Of a DNA stretch of 64,000 nt, positions 1 to 10,400 are shown piece by piece; position 1 is the stretch's first letter, and each line of letters opens with the position of its first letter. The position numbers were made by a program, and so were the translations under genes. Below the pieces are notes generated by a model, which saw nothing but the letters and a program-made list of their open reading frames with translations, did not search any database and was not told the DNA's origin. This stretch comes from Eutreptiella sp. 'Long Island Sound 2002'. Taxonomy: Eukaryota > Protista > Euglenida. The stretch is taken from positions 23,002,001-23,066,000 of the forward strand of contig OZ038378.1 in assembly GCA_964036045.1 (NCBI GenBank), in the 5' to 3' direction.

Positions 1-189
1 GTGGGGGGTGACCGAGTGCCGAAACCCGAACCGCATGCCGAGCATGGCGGCGTGCCATGCTGACATAATTTTTCAGAGCAACTGTGTGATCCGGCATGCA
101 GTGAGGTGATAGTGAGCTCGGACATTGGCAGCCAATGTCGTTAGGTGGTGGTCCACATGCGATGAGCACGGGCAGCACACTGCACTCCA

Positions 190-715
190 CAATATGTCGG
201 CGAACCGCCCCCAAAAGGCCCCCAAAAGCCGAAGAATTTGTGCGCATTGGCCGCCGACAGCCCCAAATCAAAAGCAGACCATATCTTGGGCTACGTGGCT
301 CAAAACGCGATATCGAGCGCACCTAATCCACCCGCATGTTCTAGGGCGGTTTTGGGCAACAAAAAAAAGGCTGATTTTGGCCCTAAATTGCAGATTTTGA
401 AATGGAGGTCCGGCGCTTGCGACGCCCGTTCCCGACCGCCACCGTTGAGTTTCTGGCTCATACTTTGTGTGGTTGTCCCTCACGCGCATAGGTAGCATCT
501 ACCAAAATTTTGGCCGAATCCGAAGCACCACGACGGAGCTGTGGTTTTTCCCCATTTCGCGCGTGTTTGCTGCTTGCTGCTTGCTTGGTGCTTGCTGCTT
601 GCCTGCCAAACCTATTGGGTCCACCCTAGACACTAACTAAAGACTAAAGAGGGTTATAAAACCAAGACCGGTTCCACCAGCTCGGTGACTCTATCCCTAC
701 CCCTAACCCTAAACT
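190..715. repeat. Dispersed diverged copy of modules of the 40.6-48.4 kb foldback repeat family, with (TGCT)n-like run and short telomere-like tail
   Basis: Near-colinear with 44190-44270 and 42560-42890 (e.g. catactttgtgtggttgtccctcac, aaaattttggccgaatccgaagcaccacgacggagct, ccagctcggtgac); followed by ccctacccctaaccctaaa at ~697-715. Confidence 0.8.
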
Positions 716-802
716 CCAGCGCCTGGGCAGGGAGGGGTGCCACGTGGGCAAGGGGGGGTGCCTCCCATCCACGCTCCAGTGCCTGGGCAGGGAGGGGTGC
801 CA

Positions 803-1572
803 TGTACCCTTCGTGAACCGGCCGTTTGAATCCGAGATTCACGGTACCGTGAATTTCACCAATTTTTGCTTTGTTTTGCTCGTAACTTGGCGCCATCGTT
901 TGCGTTTCTTGTGCCATCTTCGCCAAAACGTTGTCCTTAGAAATGTCTTGAAATTTGATGTTTAACCTTGTTGGTAGCTTGATAATGTTGGGCTCAATCA
1001 CCGTGAACGCAACGTGAATTTACCAAATTCACGCATGCGTGAATTTGCGTGAATTTCACGTGAATTTGGGTGATTTTTTGCTGAGATTTGGAAATTTCGG
1101 AAATTCGTACGAAATTCGTACGAATTTCGTGCGAATTTCGTACGAATTTCGTACGAATCTGGAGATTCTGGTGAAATTCGCAGAAAGCGCGCGCGACATT
1201 CGCACGAATTTCGTACGAATCTGCCAAATTCGCACGAATTTCGTACGAATTTCCTACAAATTCGTACGAAATTCGTACGAAATTCGTGCGAATTCCTCAA
1301 ATTCAGGCCCAACGGGCCGGGGAAGGAATTCCCGGATTTTTGTTCGGCGCCGTTTGGGCCTGATGGGTCCGTTTGGGATGGGACCTTCATTGAATCATGG
1401 GGACTGAAAATGAAACTTGACTTTTGCCCCCTCTAATGCGTCATATTGGAGCTAAAATGTAGTGTTTTCTCAAAAAAAAAAAAACACCAAAAATGGGTCA
1501 AATTCGCGTGAAATTCACGACCGTGAATCTCGGATTCAAACGGCCACTTAACGCCCGTTCACGAAGGGTACA
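803..1572. mobile_element. Non-autonomous TIR element (MITE/foldback-like), TG...CA termini, apparent 2-bp CA TSD
   Basis: Left end tgtacccttcgtgaac-cggccgtttgaatccgagattcacggt is the reverse complement of the right end accgtgaatctcggattcaaacggcc...gttcacgaagggtaca. Removing the element plus one CA restores gtgccatgtgggcaagggg, matching the adjacent uninterrupted repeat copy at ~737-755. Confidence 0.8.
1095..1295. repeat. Array of ~11-bp palindromic units (W)TTCGTACGAA(W) inside the MITE
   Basis: aaattcgtacgaaattcgtacgaatttcgtgcgaatttcgtacgaa... seen directly in the sequence. Confidence 0.9.
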
Positions 1573-1623
1573 CATGTGGGCAAGGGGAATGAAAAAAATT
1601 TAGACGCCCCTGGCGCCACCATA

Positions 1624-3024
1624 CCCCCCCCCCCCTTGGCTAAAGTACGCCAATGTACAGAATGATTACGGTCCGTACGCCCACTGTAGCTTGGGCAAGG
1701 GCGCAGCTTGCGCTCAACACATACAACTACCGACGCGAAATCTTAGTGCACCAGCAGGGGCCACATGTGCTGAAATTGGCAATAGAGGACCTATGGGATG
1801 CATCGGAAATACCTTTGTGTAAATGGAAGGAGGTGGTCTTCACTTGCACTACGGTAGGAACTCACGCTCCGTGCAGAAATCCTGCGCCTCAGGCGGAACG
1901 CGGCCCACCATTCCTCCAACTGAGTGGCTGTGAGTGCACGGATTGTAGCACTCACCTCCTTGGCCCTCTTGATCATGATCTTCTTCGTGACTAGAATTTG
2001 GCGGCCGGGGGAGCCGTTGCCGAAGGGCGCCCTCAACTTGATGATATTGAGAGCGCTTCGCGGGGTGGAGTGTCTTCCGGTGCCCACCCTTCATGTGGGC
2101 CATCTTCTTCAACGCCTCCTCTTGGTCCTCCCATTCCCCAGTGTTCTTCGGGGACTTGGCGCGATACTTTTGGGCTACGCGCCGCAGTCCATGTTGCCTC
2201 GCGTAGTTGATGATCTCCACTTTTTCGTGAGCACTTCAAAAACGACGAAGAGGGGCAGCCGCGACCTCGGCCTTTGTGCAGCACCGGGTGGACTTCACCT
2301 TGGTGCAGTCCATGGCCAAAACCGTAGAATTGGAGGCATTCGTGGCCTACACGCACCGGTACTTGGTGGGGGGCTCATCCTCCTCCTCCTCATCCTCGGA
2401 CGGGACGGGGGCGAGCAAAGAAGTGCTCCATGGTGAGTTGCCACCATGATGCAGCCTTGGGGGGACCTTCGTGGTGTGCCCGGGCTTCGGACACGGCTCG
2501 GCCATCACCTCTAATTCATGAGGAACTTCAGCAACGGTGGGAGGCATTGGCGGTGTGTCCGGTTCGGGGGAGGGAGATGGGGACCGGATGAAGAAATTGA
2601 TTCTTGGGAGAGGGGCATAAGGGTGTGTGACCATCAGCCCACCCTTCATGTACTCCGACACCGCAAATTGGTCCCCCTTCTCTGATGGTTCCTTCATTGT
2701 AGCATCCACACGGTCACCGGTGGAACGTGTGAAAATAACTAGAGGCCCAAGTTCAAAAAGAGAAGATTGCGTGGTGAGCTCATGCAAGAAAGAGGAACAT
2801 AAAGCACAAATACTCCCAAATTCAGCCCCATGTGGGTTGAAATGGGTAAAGACTGACAACAAATGTGTCCATGGCTCCATGTAATTGGCAAATGTGACGA
2901 CAAACCCATGTCTTATGTGGCCGCACTACATTTCGTATGTAATTAAAACTACGTACACAATTATTACGGTCCCTACGCCTACTGTACCTTGGACAAGGGC
3001 GTGGCTTATACAAGATGGGGGGGG
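1624..3024 (-). mobile_element. Defective pogo/Tigger-like (Tc1/mariner superfamily) DNA transposon
   Basis: TA flanks both ends; TIR poly-C-cttg..taa..acgcc / ggcgtggcttatacaagatgggggggg; frameshifted HTH-coding region inside; 45-bp subterminal direct repeats at 1665-1709 and 2963-3007. Confidence 0.7.
1791..2880 (-). pseudogene. Frameshifted N-terminal part of a pogo-like transposase (Brinker/psq-like HTH plus CENP-B/Tc5-type HTH); no DDE domain seen
   Basis: KVEIINYARQHGLRRVAQKY resembles the first HTH of pogo-family proteins; ILVTKKIMIKRAKEVSA...EEWWAAFRLRRRISAR resembles HTH_Tnp_Tc5. The pieces lie in different frames. Confidence 0.6.
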
Positions 3025-4754
3025 TATGTATGGCCGGTGCCTATTGACCCTTGGCAACTAAGTGGGCCCAAAGGGTAGGGAGGGGGGGGGGGGTCGCATA
3101 CCAGAACTGAGGAGATTCCCCCCCCTCGGAAAGAAAAATAATTCTACAAGGGGCTAAACCAACAATGCAACGCCTTGGTGTATGTGGCATTTTCCCACAT
3201 GGTTTTGATCTAAGGCGATTTTCAGCCGACTCATGGCGGCCTGAAAGGTTCTAGTACACTTTTGTGATACCAATGCACAATGTCCGATACCCCTTACACC
3301 ACTGAACCTAGAGACTGAGGTCTTGAGTGTACGATTTAGGTTTCAATGTGGTACTAAAACCGCATCTTGTTTTCCTCGTGTGCATGATGTCTTGACACTT
3401 TGTCTTTATCATTTCACTCTGTTTTTGGCCTGGTTGTGCTTGTTCGGGCCGACTGTCTCCTCAGCTCCCACAAGCACACAAACAACTCTGTGCAATCCCC
3501 CCCCCAAAAAAAGGCCAATAATGAGCTGAAATATTTTGTGTGGCATTGCAAAGGACCCAGGTCCCAAGTCCATCAACATATCACATATACTTTTCTCTTT
3601 CCCCCCTTGCCTTCCCTGTGGGTGGCACCACGTTTTAGGGGGGAGGGTGGGGGTGGGGGTGGGGGGTCAAAACTTGGTTTGGCCTTTTGCTGCCACGGTG
3701 CGTCGATTCGGACCCATTTCCTGTTCCACTTTTTTCGGCTAGATGGACCCCTAACCAATGACAAAGGTCTTGGGTGCTACCTCCGACTTTCCAAGATCGG
3801 CCCCTGTATGGGGCCCCACTGGTGAGAACTTAGCCATTTTCAGGCTTTTCCTCTTGTTTTACAGCTCCAGCATCAAATTGTTTCTCGTGCATTTGCTCAG
3901 TGCCCGCAATGGTGCATGCAGGTGTTCGTCGGCTGCCAGCATCAGCACTTTATTGCCATTAGACTGCAAATAGCCATAACTTCACTCCAAAATATTTTCA
4001 AAATTCAACTCGTTTTGGTTTTACTCAACCTATGTGTGCGTGTGCGCGTGTGCGCTGTACTATTCACGAGGGTTGATGGCTTTTAATGTCCTGGCCGCTC
4101 TTGCGACGGGAGGGTTAGGGGTTAGCGGGTTAGAGCCTGCCTGAAGCCTGCCCTATCCCTCCCCCGGCCCCCCGGTATGTCGCGGCGCGGCGGAAGGACG
4201 TCCGCCCTCGACTCAGGTCACCTCACTGGAGGCTCTCCCGTGCGCCATCACCGGCACCCTGCTGCCCCCCTGGTGCGCCGGAGCCGGCGCCTCCTTGCCT
4301 CCTGCTGGGGGGGCGTGCCCCCCTCCTGGGCTGTGCCCCAGGACCACCCGTGCCGCTGCCTGCGGCCACGAAGGGGGGAGGGGGCGGTCCGGAATCCCCA
4401 CCCCCCATGCCTCTTCCGCTGGGCCGGCAGCGGTTGAAGCCGACGTCCCCTCATGTACCTCCTCCGGGCTGGCGGTTGCCGAAACCGACTGCCCCAGCTT
4501 CAGCGCCGGTGCTGCTGGATGCTCCTGTGGTGGGAGGGGGTGATTGTGATCCCCCTCCCCCCATGTACGCACCTTGTGCCCTGAGCGCGGGCTCGGGTTG
4601 CACGGGGGGGGGGGGGGTTCCCTAGCCTGTGGCATCACTGGGCTAGCTGAAACGAAAGCCAGCTGGGCCCCACAACTAACAGAGAGGCCGGCGGCTCTGG
4701 CAACCGGCTGGGCCCCTCCGTTCCCACCGCTGGTGGGCTGGGCCAATGGCCCCC

Positions 4755-6980
4755 TCAAAGATGGCGGCAGAGCCGCCACGCCCCCCTCCCCTGGCCCCGT
4801 GGTCTGGGGGGCAGGAGGCTGGGGTGAGGGCAGTGGAGGGGGGGGGTAAGGCCCCATTCCCCGCCAGAGCATACGGCATCTGACCCCCAGGGCGCCGCAC
4901 AGGGCAGGCGGCCCGGGGGCGGGTTAGGGCTTAAATTGATGGGGGAGGGGGGGGCAGAGCGCAGCCCCCCCTCCCGAAACCTACCCATCAGGAGCCCCAG
5001 CGTCGCCACCTGGAGCTCCTCTATGCACGAGCGAGTGCACAGCTCATCCTCTAGCATCTCCTGCTGCCACCCCCCTCCCTGTGAGACATCCTCAAGAACA
5101 ATGCAGCCCCCTGATGCCTTAGGGCATTGGGTCAACGCCACGGGGGGGCTGGTCGTGACCACCTCCACCCCCCTCCCCCCTGGGTGCCCAGATAAGCGGG
5201 TAAGGGCCGTGGGGTTAGCACAGATGGCGCCCTGGGCGCTGGGGGATGTGTCCCCACCAGCCCCAGGCGCCCCGGTAGCGCCACAGACAGCGCCATCGGC
5301 AGCCTGCATGCTGCCCGAAAAGCCAGAGATGGCGCCCTGGGCGCTGGGGGATGCTTCCCCACCAGCCCCAGGCGCCCCGGTAGCGCCACAGACAGCGCCA
5401 TTGGCAGCCTGTGGGCTGCCCGAAGAGCCAGAGATGGCGCCCTGGGCGCTGGGGGATGCGTCCCCACCAGCCCCAGGCGCCCCGGTAGCGCCACAGACAG
5501 CGCCATTGGCAGCCTGCAGGCTGCCCGAAAGGTCACAGATGGCGCCCTGGGCGCTGGGGGATGCGTCCCCACCAGCCCCATGCGCCCTGGTAGCGCCACA
5601 GACAGCGCCATTGGCAGCCTGTGGGCTGCCCGAAAGGTCACAGATGGCGCCCTGGGCGTTGGGGGATGCGTCCCCACCAGCCCCAGGCGCCCCGGTAGCG
5701 CCACAGACAGCGCCATAGGCAGCCTGCAGACTGCCCGAAGGGTCACAGATGGCGTCCTGGGCGCTGGGGGATGCGTCCCCACCAGCCCCAGGCGCCCCGG
5801 TAGCGCCACAGACAGCGCCATAGGCAGCCTGCAGGCTGCCCGAAGAGTCACAGATGGCGTCCTGGGCGCTGGGGGATGCGTCCCCACCAGCCCCAGGCGC
5901 CCCGGTAGCGCCACAGACTTCGCCACTGGCAGCCCGCATGCTGCCAGAAAAGTCACAGATGGCGCCCTGGGCGCTGGGGGATGCGTCCCCACCAGCCCCA
6001 GGCGCCCCGGTAGCGCCACAGACTTCGCCGTTGGCAGCCTGCGTCGCGTCATATAGGGGGCAGGGCTCATCCGCCCATACCCCCACTGGGCCCCACAGGT
6101 TCAGGGGGTCCTTGCACTGCAGACATACCACGGCCCCCTGCTCGATGAGGCCCAGCCCGCTGCACGTTGCCGCCGTCGACTCCACGGAGTCCAGGGCGGC
6201 GTCGGCTGCCGATGCCGCCGCCCGTGTTGTGGCGGAGACCGACACTGCGATGGCTGCTGCTGCTGCCACTGCTGCCGCGGCCGCTGCTGCCACGGACGCG
6301 ACCGCTCGACGCGCCCAAGTGCGGGCACGCCCCTGGGCCCTCCGCCCCGGCACGCCCCGGGAGGGCGTCGTGGGCGGGGGCACGCATGTTGCCAGCAGCT
6401 CTGGCCACTCCGCCGTGGCGGCCGCTTGCCCTGGCGGGGCCCCGGCGCGCGCGATGCGCACGATAGCCTCCTTGTCCGCGACTGCCTGCCGCACGGCTGG
6501 CGTCTCGTTGCTGTCTTCCTTGGTGTCGTCGCCGCCGCCACCGACCGTGCTGCTGCCCATGCCGGAAACATTGTTGCCGACCGCCGGCCTGGTTGCGCCC
6601 CGCGGGAGGCCCGCCAGGCGCTCGATGTCGTTCGTCACGGCCGGCAGCCAATCCCACATCAGCCCCGCGAATATGCCCCAGTCGCGGCGGCTTAGGTGGG
6701 GCAGAGAGCGGTGATAGCCCTCCAATGTGGGCTCCGCGCGGAGGCGCCTTGTGAGGGCCGCGCGATGCCGCCATAGGGCCTCCTCTATGGCCGCCATAAG
6801 TGGCCGCGCGAGCTGGCCGGGGTCATCCAGCTGCTTCTTCCCGCTGCCGACGACGGTGGCGGCGGCGGCCCGCGACGGATGTGCGCGGGGCTCGGCCCTG
6901 CGTGAAGGCCGTGGGTGGCCCTCAATGCTGGGAGACGGCCGGCTCTGGCATTTTGTGGGTAAGCGCCCAACCACGGTCAA
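4755..6980 (-). CDS. 741-aa low-complexity gag/ORF1-like protein of element A with 35-aa repeats; probably continues by frameshift into 4872-4213
   Basis: Long open frame. Motifs EWPELL..PGRRAQGRAR, CLQCKDPLNLWGPVGVWADEPC and ELCTRSCIEELQVATL are conserved in element B. No enzymatic domain recognised; the translation start is uncertain. Confidence 0.55.
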   Translation of the reverse strand: MTVVGRLPTKCQSRPSPSIEGHPRPSRRAEPRAHPSRAAAATVVGSGKKQLDDPGQLARPLMAAIEEALWRHRAALTRRLRAEPTLEGYHRSLPHLSRRDWGIFAGLMWDWLPAVTNDIERLAGLPRGATRPAVGNNVSGMGSSTVGGGGDDTKEDSNETPAVRQAVADKEAIVRIARAGAPPGQAAATAEWPELLATCVPPPTTPSRGVPGRRAQGRARTWARRAVASVAAAAAAAVAAAAAIAVSVSATTRAAASAADAALDSVESTAATCSGLGLIEQGAVVCLQCKDPLNLWGPVGVWADEPCPLYDATQAANGEVCGATGAPGAGGDASPSAQGAICDFSGSMRAASGEVCGATGAPGAGGDASPSAQDAICDSSGSLQAAYGAVCGATGAPGAGGDASPSAQDAICDPSGSLQAAYGAVCGATGAPGAGGDASPNAQGAICDLSGSPQAANGAVCGATRAHGAGGDASPSAQGAICDLSGSLQAANGAVCGATGAPGAGGDASPSAQGAISGSSGSPQAANGAVCGATGAPGAGGEASPSAQGAISGFSGSMQAADGAVCGATGAPGAGGDTSPSAQGAICANPTALTRLSGHPGGRGVEVVTTSPPVALTQCPKASGGCIVLEDVSQGGGWQQEMLEDELCTRSCIEELQVATLGLLMGRFREGGLRSAPPSPINLSPNPPPGRLPCAAPWGSDAVCSGGEWGLTPPLHCPHPSLLPPRPRGQGRGAWRLCRHL
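5221..6045 (-). repeat. 105-bp coding tandem repeat, ~8 copies (GATGAPGAGGDASPSAQGAICD..SGS..AA.G.VC)
   Basis: Eight GG[DE][AT]SP units in the ORF; DNA period 105 bp. Confidence 0.9.
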
Positions 6981-7444
6981 GGCGCCAGAAAAAGAGCGTG
7001 TACTATTAACGAGGGTTGAAGGCTTTTAATGTACTATTTCATGTACTATTAACGAGGGCAAGGGCCGATTAAAGTCCTTCACGCTGTGCGACGGGTCAAG
7101 CGAGGGGGTTGTGGGTAACGGACTGGCTGCGCCCCCCCCCCCCCCCCCCCCGGCCACCGCGACGGAAGGACTGGGCGTCTGGGGTCAGCTGACCTCATCA
7201 CTGGCCCTCCCATGCGCTAGGTCCGGCGCCTTGCTGCCCCCATGGTGCGCCGGAGCCGGCACCTTTGTCACACCTGTGGGGAGTGAAGCAACGGATACTC
7301 AGCTACCATATGACCCCCGTGACACAGGTCATAGGTCATCGCCAACTACATTGTCCTGCTGCACTGCAGCACTGTTTGTTCAGTAAAGTATTTAAAGCAA
7401 AGTCTCGGCAGGTCACCTCACTCTGCCCTCCCCATGGGCCCCGA

Positions 7445-10400
7445 TTAGGTCAACCGAGGTTGCTTGGGCCAGTTCTCAGGGCTGTCCTCATTTGACTCCT
7501 CTGAAATGTGAGATCCCCCGGAGCAGTTTGAGTCGGTGTCATAAGAGTCGGGCATCTCCTGCAGCCCCAATTCCCCCCAAATATCCTGCACTAATTTTTG
7601 GTTCATGACACATTCATACGCCTTTTTTGCTCCCTTGGACGCCTTGGCGTCTGCGTGTTCATTGCCCGTCACCCCCACATGTGATGGCACCCACAGAATG
7701 TCCACGCTGTCCCCCAGTAGCTGCCATTGCCCCCACAGGTCCTCCCACAGGTCTGCATGCGCCAGTGGTCCTCTGGACCCCACCCACTTGTGCCTGGACC
7801 ACTTGTTGCATTTTCCTGTTAACCCTTTATACACCAGTTCCGAGTCGGTCACCACCAGGAGAGGCCGACCTGGACATTTGTGATACACAGCCCGAAGGGC
7901 CGCTTTCAGCTCCGCTCTAGTTATAGATTGCCGCTCTGTGTTCAACAGCGGCAACTCCTCATTGCGGACATCATTGTCCCCAAACCACACACCATAGCCT
8001 GCATGATGCACACCCCCTGTCTCCTGCTTGGACCCATCGACAAAAGCCACATCCCATCCTTGCTGAGTCTTATTTTTAATGCGCTGTAACAGTGCGGGCA
8101 AAATCGACTCCCATTGGGCCTTTTTTGGTACTTGTATCCCCCGTCCTCTGACAACCGCACCCTGTGGCTGCATGGAGGGAAATGGCTGATCTCCGTCCAA
8201 AAATTTTTTGAGACAAGTGCACAGATGCCTGGCCTCTTGTCTCACAAATGACGACTGTGGCGCTGATGCCCTCACTTCTACAATTGTCATCCAGGCTACC
8301 ACAAAGTCAGGCACTGCCACCGACAGTGATCTAAATTTTGCATCGCATCGTAGGACCCACGACGCTCTAGCCGCGGCCCATAGCGCCAATCCCTGTGTGG
8401 TTCGCAGCGATAACAGTGGCTGAGCCACCAGCAACGTATCCATGGGGCACATGACCCCGTCGCGGCCCCAAACCGGGCCAAAGGCTTTACGCACAATATC
8501 AACGTCCACTGGCCAGAATTTGCACGCCGTAAGCACATGCTTGATGGTTTCCAATACAGAGCATAAAATGCAGTTGGGCTGATGATATGCGTGCTGTGTG
8601 CGCGCTCCCACTGCTAGTTTTTTCCACATCGCCCTTCGCATGAAATCTCGTTGCGCCCCCGGCAGCTTGAGTCGCGCTAGCTGTTCCCACACCTCTGGCT
8701 CCTGCCGCTTTTGTGGCGGCTCCAGCGGGCAAAGCACCGCCAGCATTTTTTGATTTGGTTGCGCCCACTCTCTGGGCAAGTCGTGCACCGGTAAAGCAAG
8801 AACTTGCGGTATCTTTGTCCGATACAGTGGCGCCCATGTTGGGGGGAGTTTCACCGCCGCCTGCAACTCTCCTCCCTCCACAATTTGCGCCAAAGTGCTT
8901 ATCCCCTTTCGCACGAGACTCGGAGAGTAATAGGTATGCCCCAATTTGTTTCTGAAAAGCACATTGTGCCACAGTGGCATGTTGCTGGGTGTTCCCACCA
9001 GGGGCGGGGCCGCCGCCCGCTGGCGCAACCGCGAAAACATGTGCACCGACGCTTGCAGCCACGTTCGCGCGCACATTTTCACCACCGCTAGCTGCAGATA
9101 TGGCAGGAAGGAGGGTCTCAGCGACAGCCCAACCGAGTCCGCCCACTGTTCGAAGTCCGCTAGCCAATGGCCTGAGAAGCACACTTTATCCTTTAGGACA
9201 GTCTGAAACAAGCGCCCATATTGAAATCGCACCCAGACAGCCAGTGGGTACGTCCACACTCCACCCTGGCTGTACGGCAGAGCCAACATCGCCGGGCTGA
9301 GATCCCACGTGGAGAACCCCAAGGCAATTTTGAAAATGATATTGAGAGTCGTCAACACTTTCTGCGACGGCTCATACACCTGTGCCGTTAACTGCACCAC
9401 AGGCTGCACCCAAGTCTTGTAGATCTGTGCACGTTCTGAAAGGTCCAATGGTAGTGTTTTTAGAAAAGCTGCCCTGGACTTCATTTTTGCCATGGGGCCT
9501 GCATAGGCCTGCTCTGCATTCACCTGCCCGATTAAAACACCCAGATATTTGACTCTTTCCCGCACCTCCAGTCCAACGTAACGTTCAGGCAATGGTCCGG
9601 ACACCCGTTTAAGTACCGCAAAAGATTTAGACGGATTGACATGTAGTCCCGAGTACCTCCCGAATTCTCTCAAAAGACGCATAGCTCGCTCTGCCTGCTC
9701 CATAGCTTCTTCATCCCCCCCAAGTATCCAGATCAGCAAGTCGTCCGCATAAAGCATTAGCTGTGCTCCCGGACACCGTGCCCGGAACTGATACACCAGA
9801 AAGATTGTGAGTAAAGCAAAAATTGGTGGGGATAGTGGATCCCCTTGTCGTATCCCAGACTCCGGCACCATTTGCAAAGTCTACTGACAGAAACGTGCCC
9901 TCTATCGCCGAATGCCACAGGCCTTTGGCATTGATTATGTGCTGCAGCATTTGCCTATTGTTCAAAAAGCCCTTTTGAGCTGGCGGGACAGCCACCTGTA
10001 ATGCGTCTTCTATGAGGACTAGAATGGTTGTAGCTATCCATTTCCATATCACTGTCTGCAAAGCAATAGGTCTCATCTGGTCAACCGTGTCCGCAGCCCG
10101 ACCCTTTGGTATATTCCGCTGCAAGCTCACTAGCCATTGCGCCGGAACCTGGCGCTGCTGTAGACAGCTCTTGACCGCCATGGTCATAGGGGGCACGAAC
10201 ACCTCCGCAAATGCTGCATAGACCTCCACCGGGATCCCATCTAATCCCGGCGACGACCCCCTCTTCATGCGCTCGAGAGCAGCGTGCACCGTGTCCTCAG
10301 ACACATCCTTAGTCACCTTTGGCAATGCCTTGCGCACCCTGCGCGCTATCCCCAGCCCTTCCATCCACTCTTTGCACTGCTCAACCGACTGGTCTGGTTT

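Larger units (their letters stand above)
4056..7015 (-). mobile_element. Element A: RT-less ORF-bearing element bounded by 34-bp direct repeats
   Basis: tgtactattcacgagggttgatggcttttaatgt (4056-4089) versus tgtactattaacgagggttgaaggcttttaatgt (6999-7032); colinear homology to element B. Confidence 0.75.

Noticed and set aside
1095-1295. CRISPR-like array
   Set aside because: The units are contiguous 11-bp palindromes without unique spacers; the context is eukaryotic and no cas genes are present.
4055-4064. The core's TGTACTAT resembles the 3' end of the kinetoplastid spliced-leader exon (CTGTACTATATTG), suggesting an SLACS/CRE-like target
   Set aside because: Only 8-9 nt match, with no SL-like upstream sequence, GT donor or Sm site around the cores.
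4056-7110. Hammerhead ribozyme at the ends of elements A/B (expected for Penelope-like elements or retrozymes)
   Set aside because: No CTGATGA...GAAA core seen near the terminal repeats on either strand.
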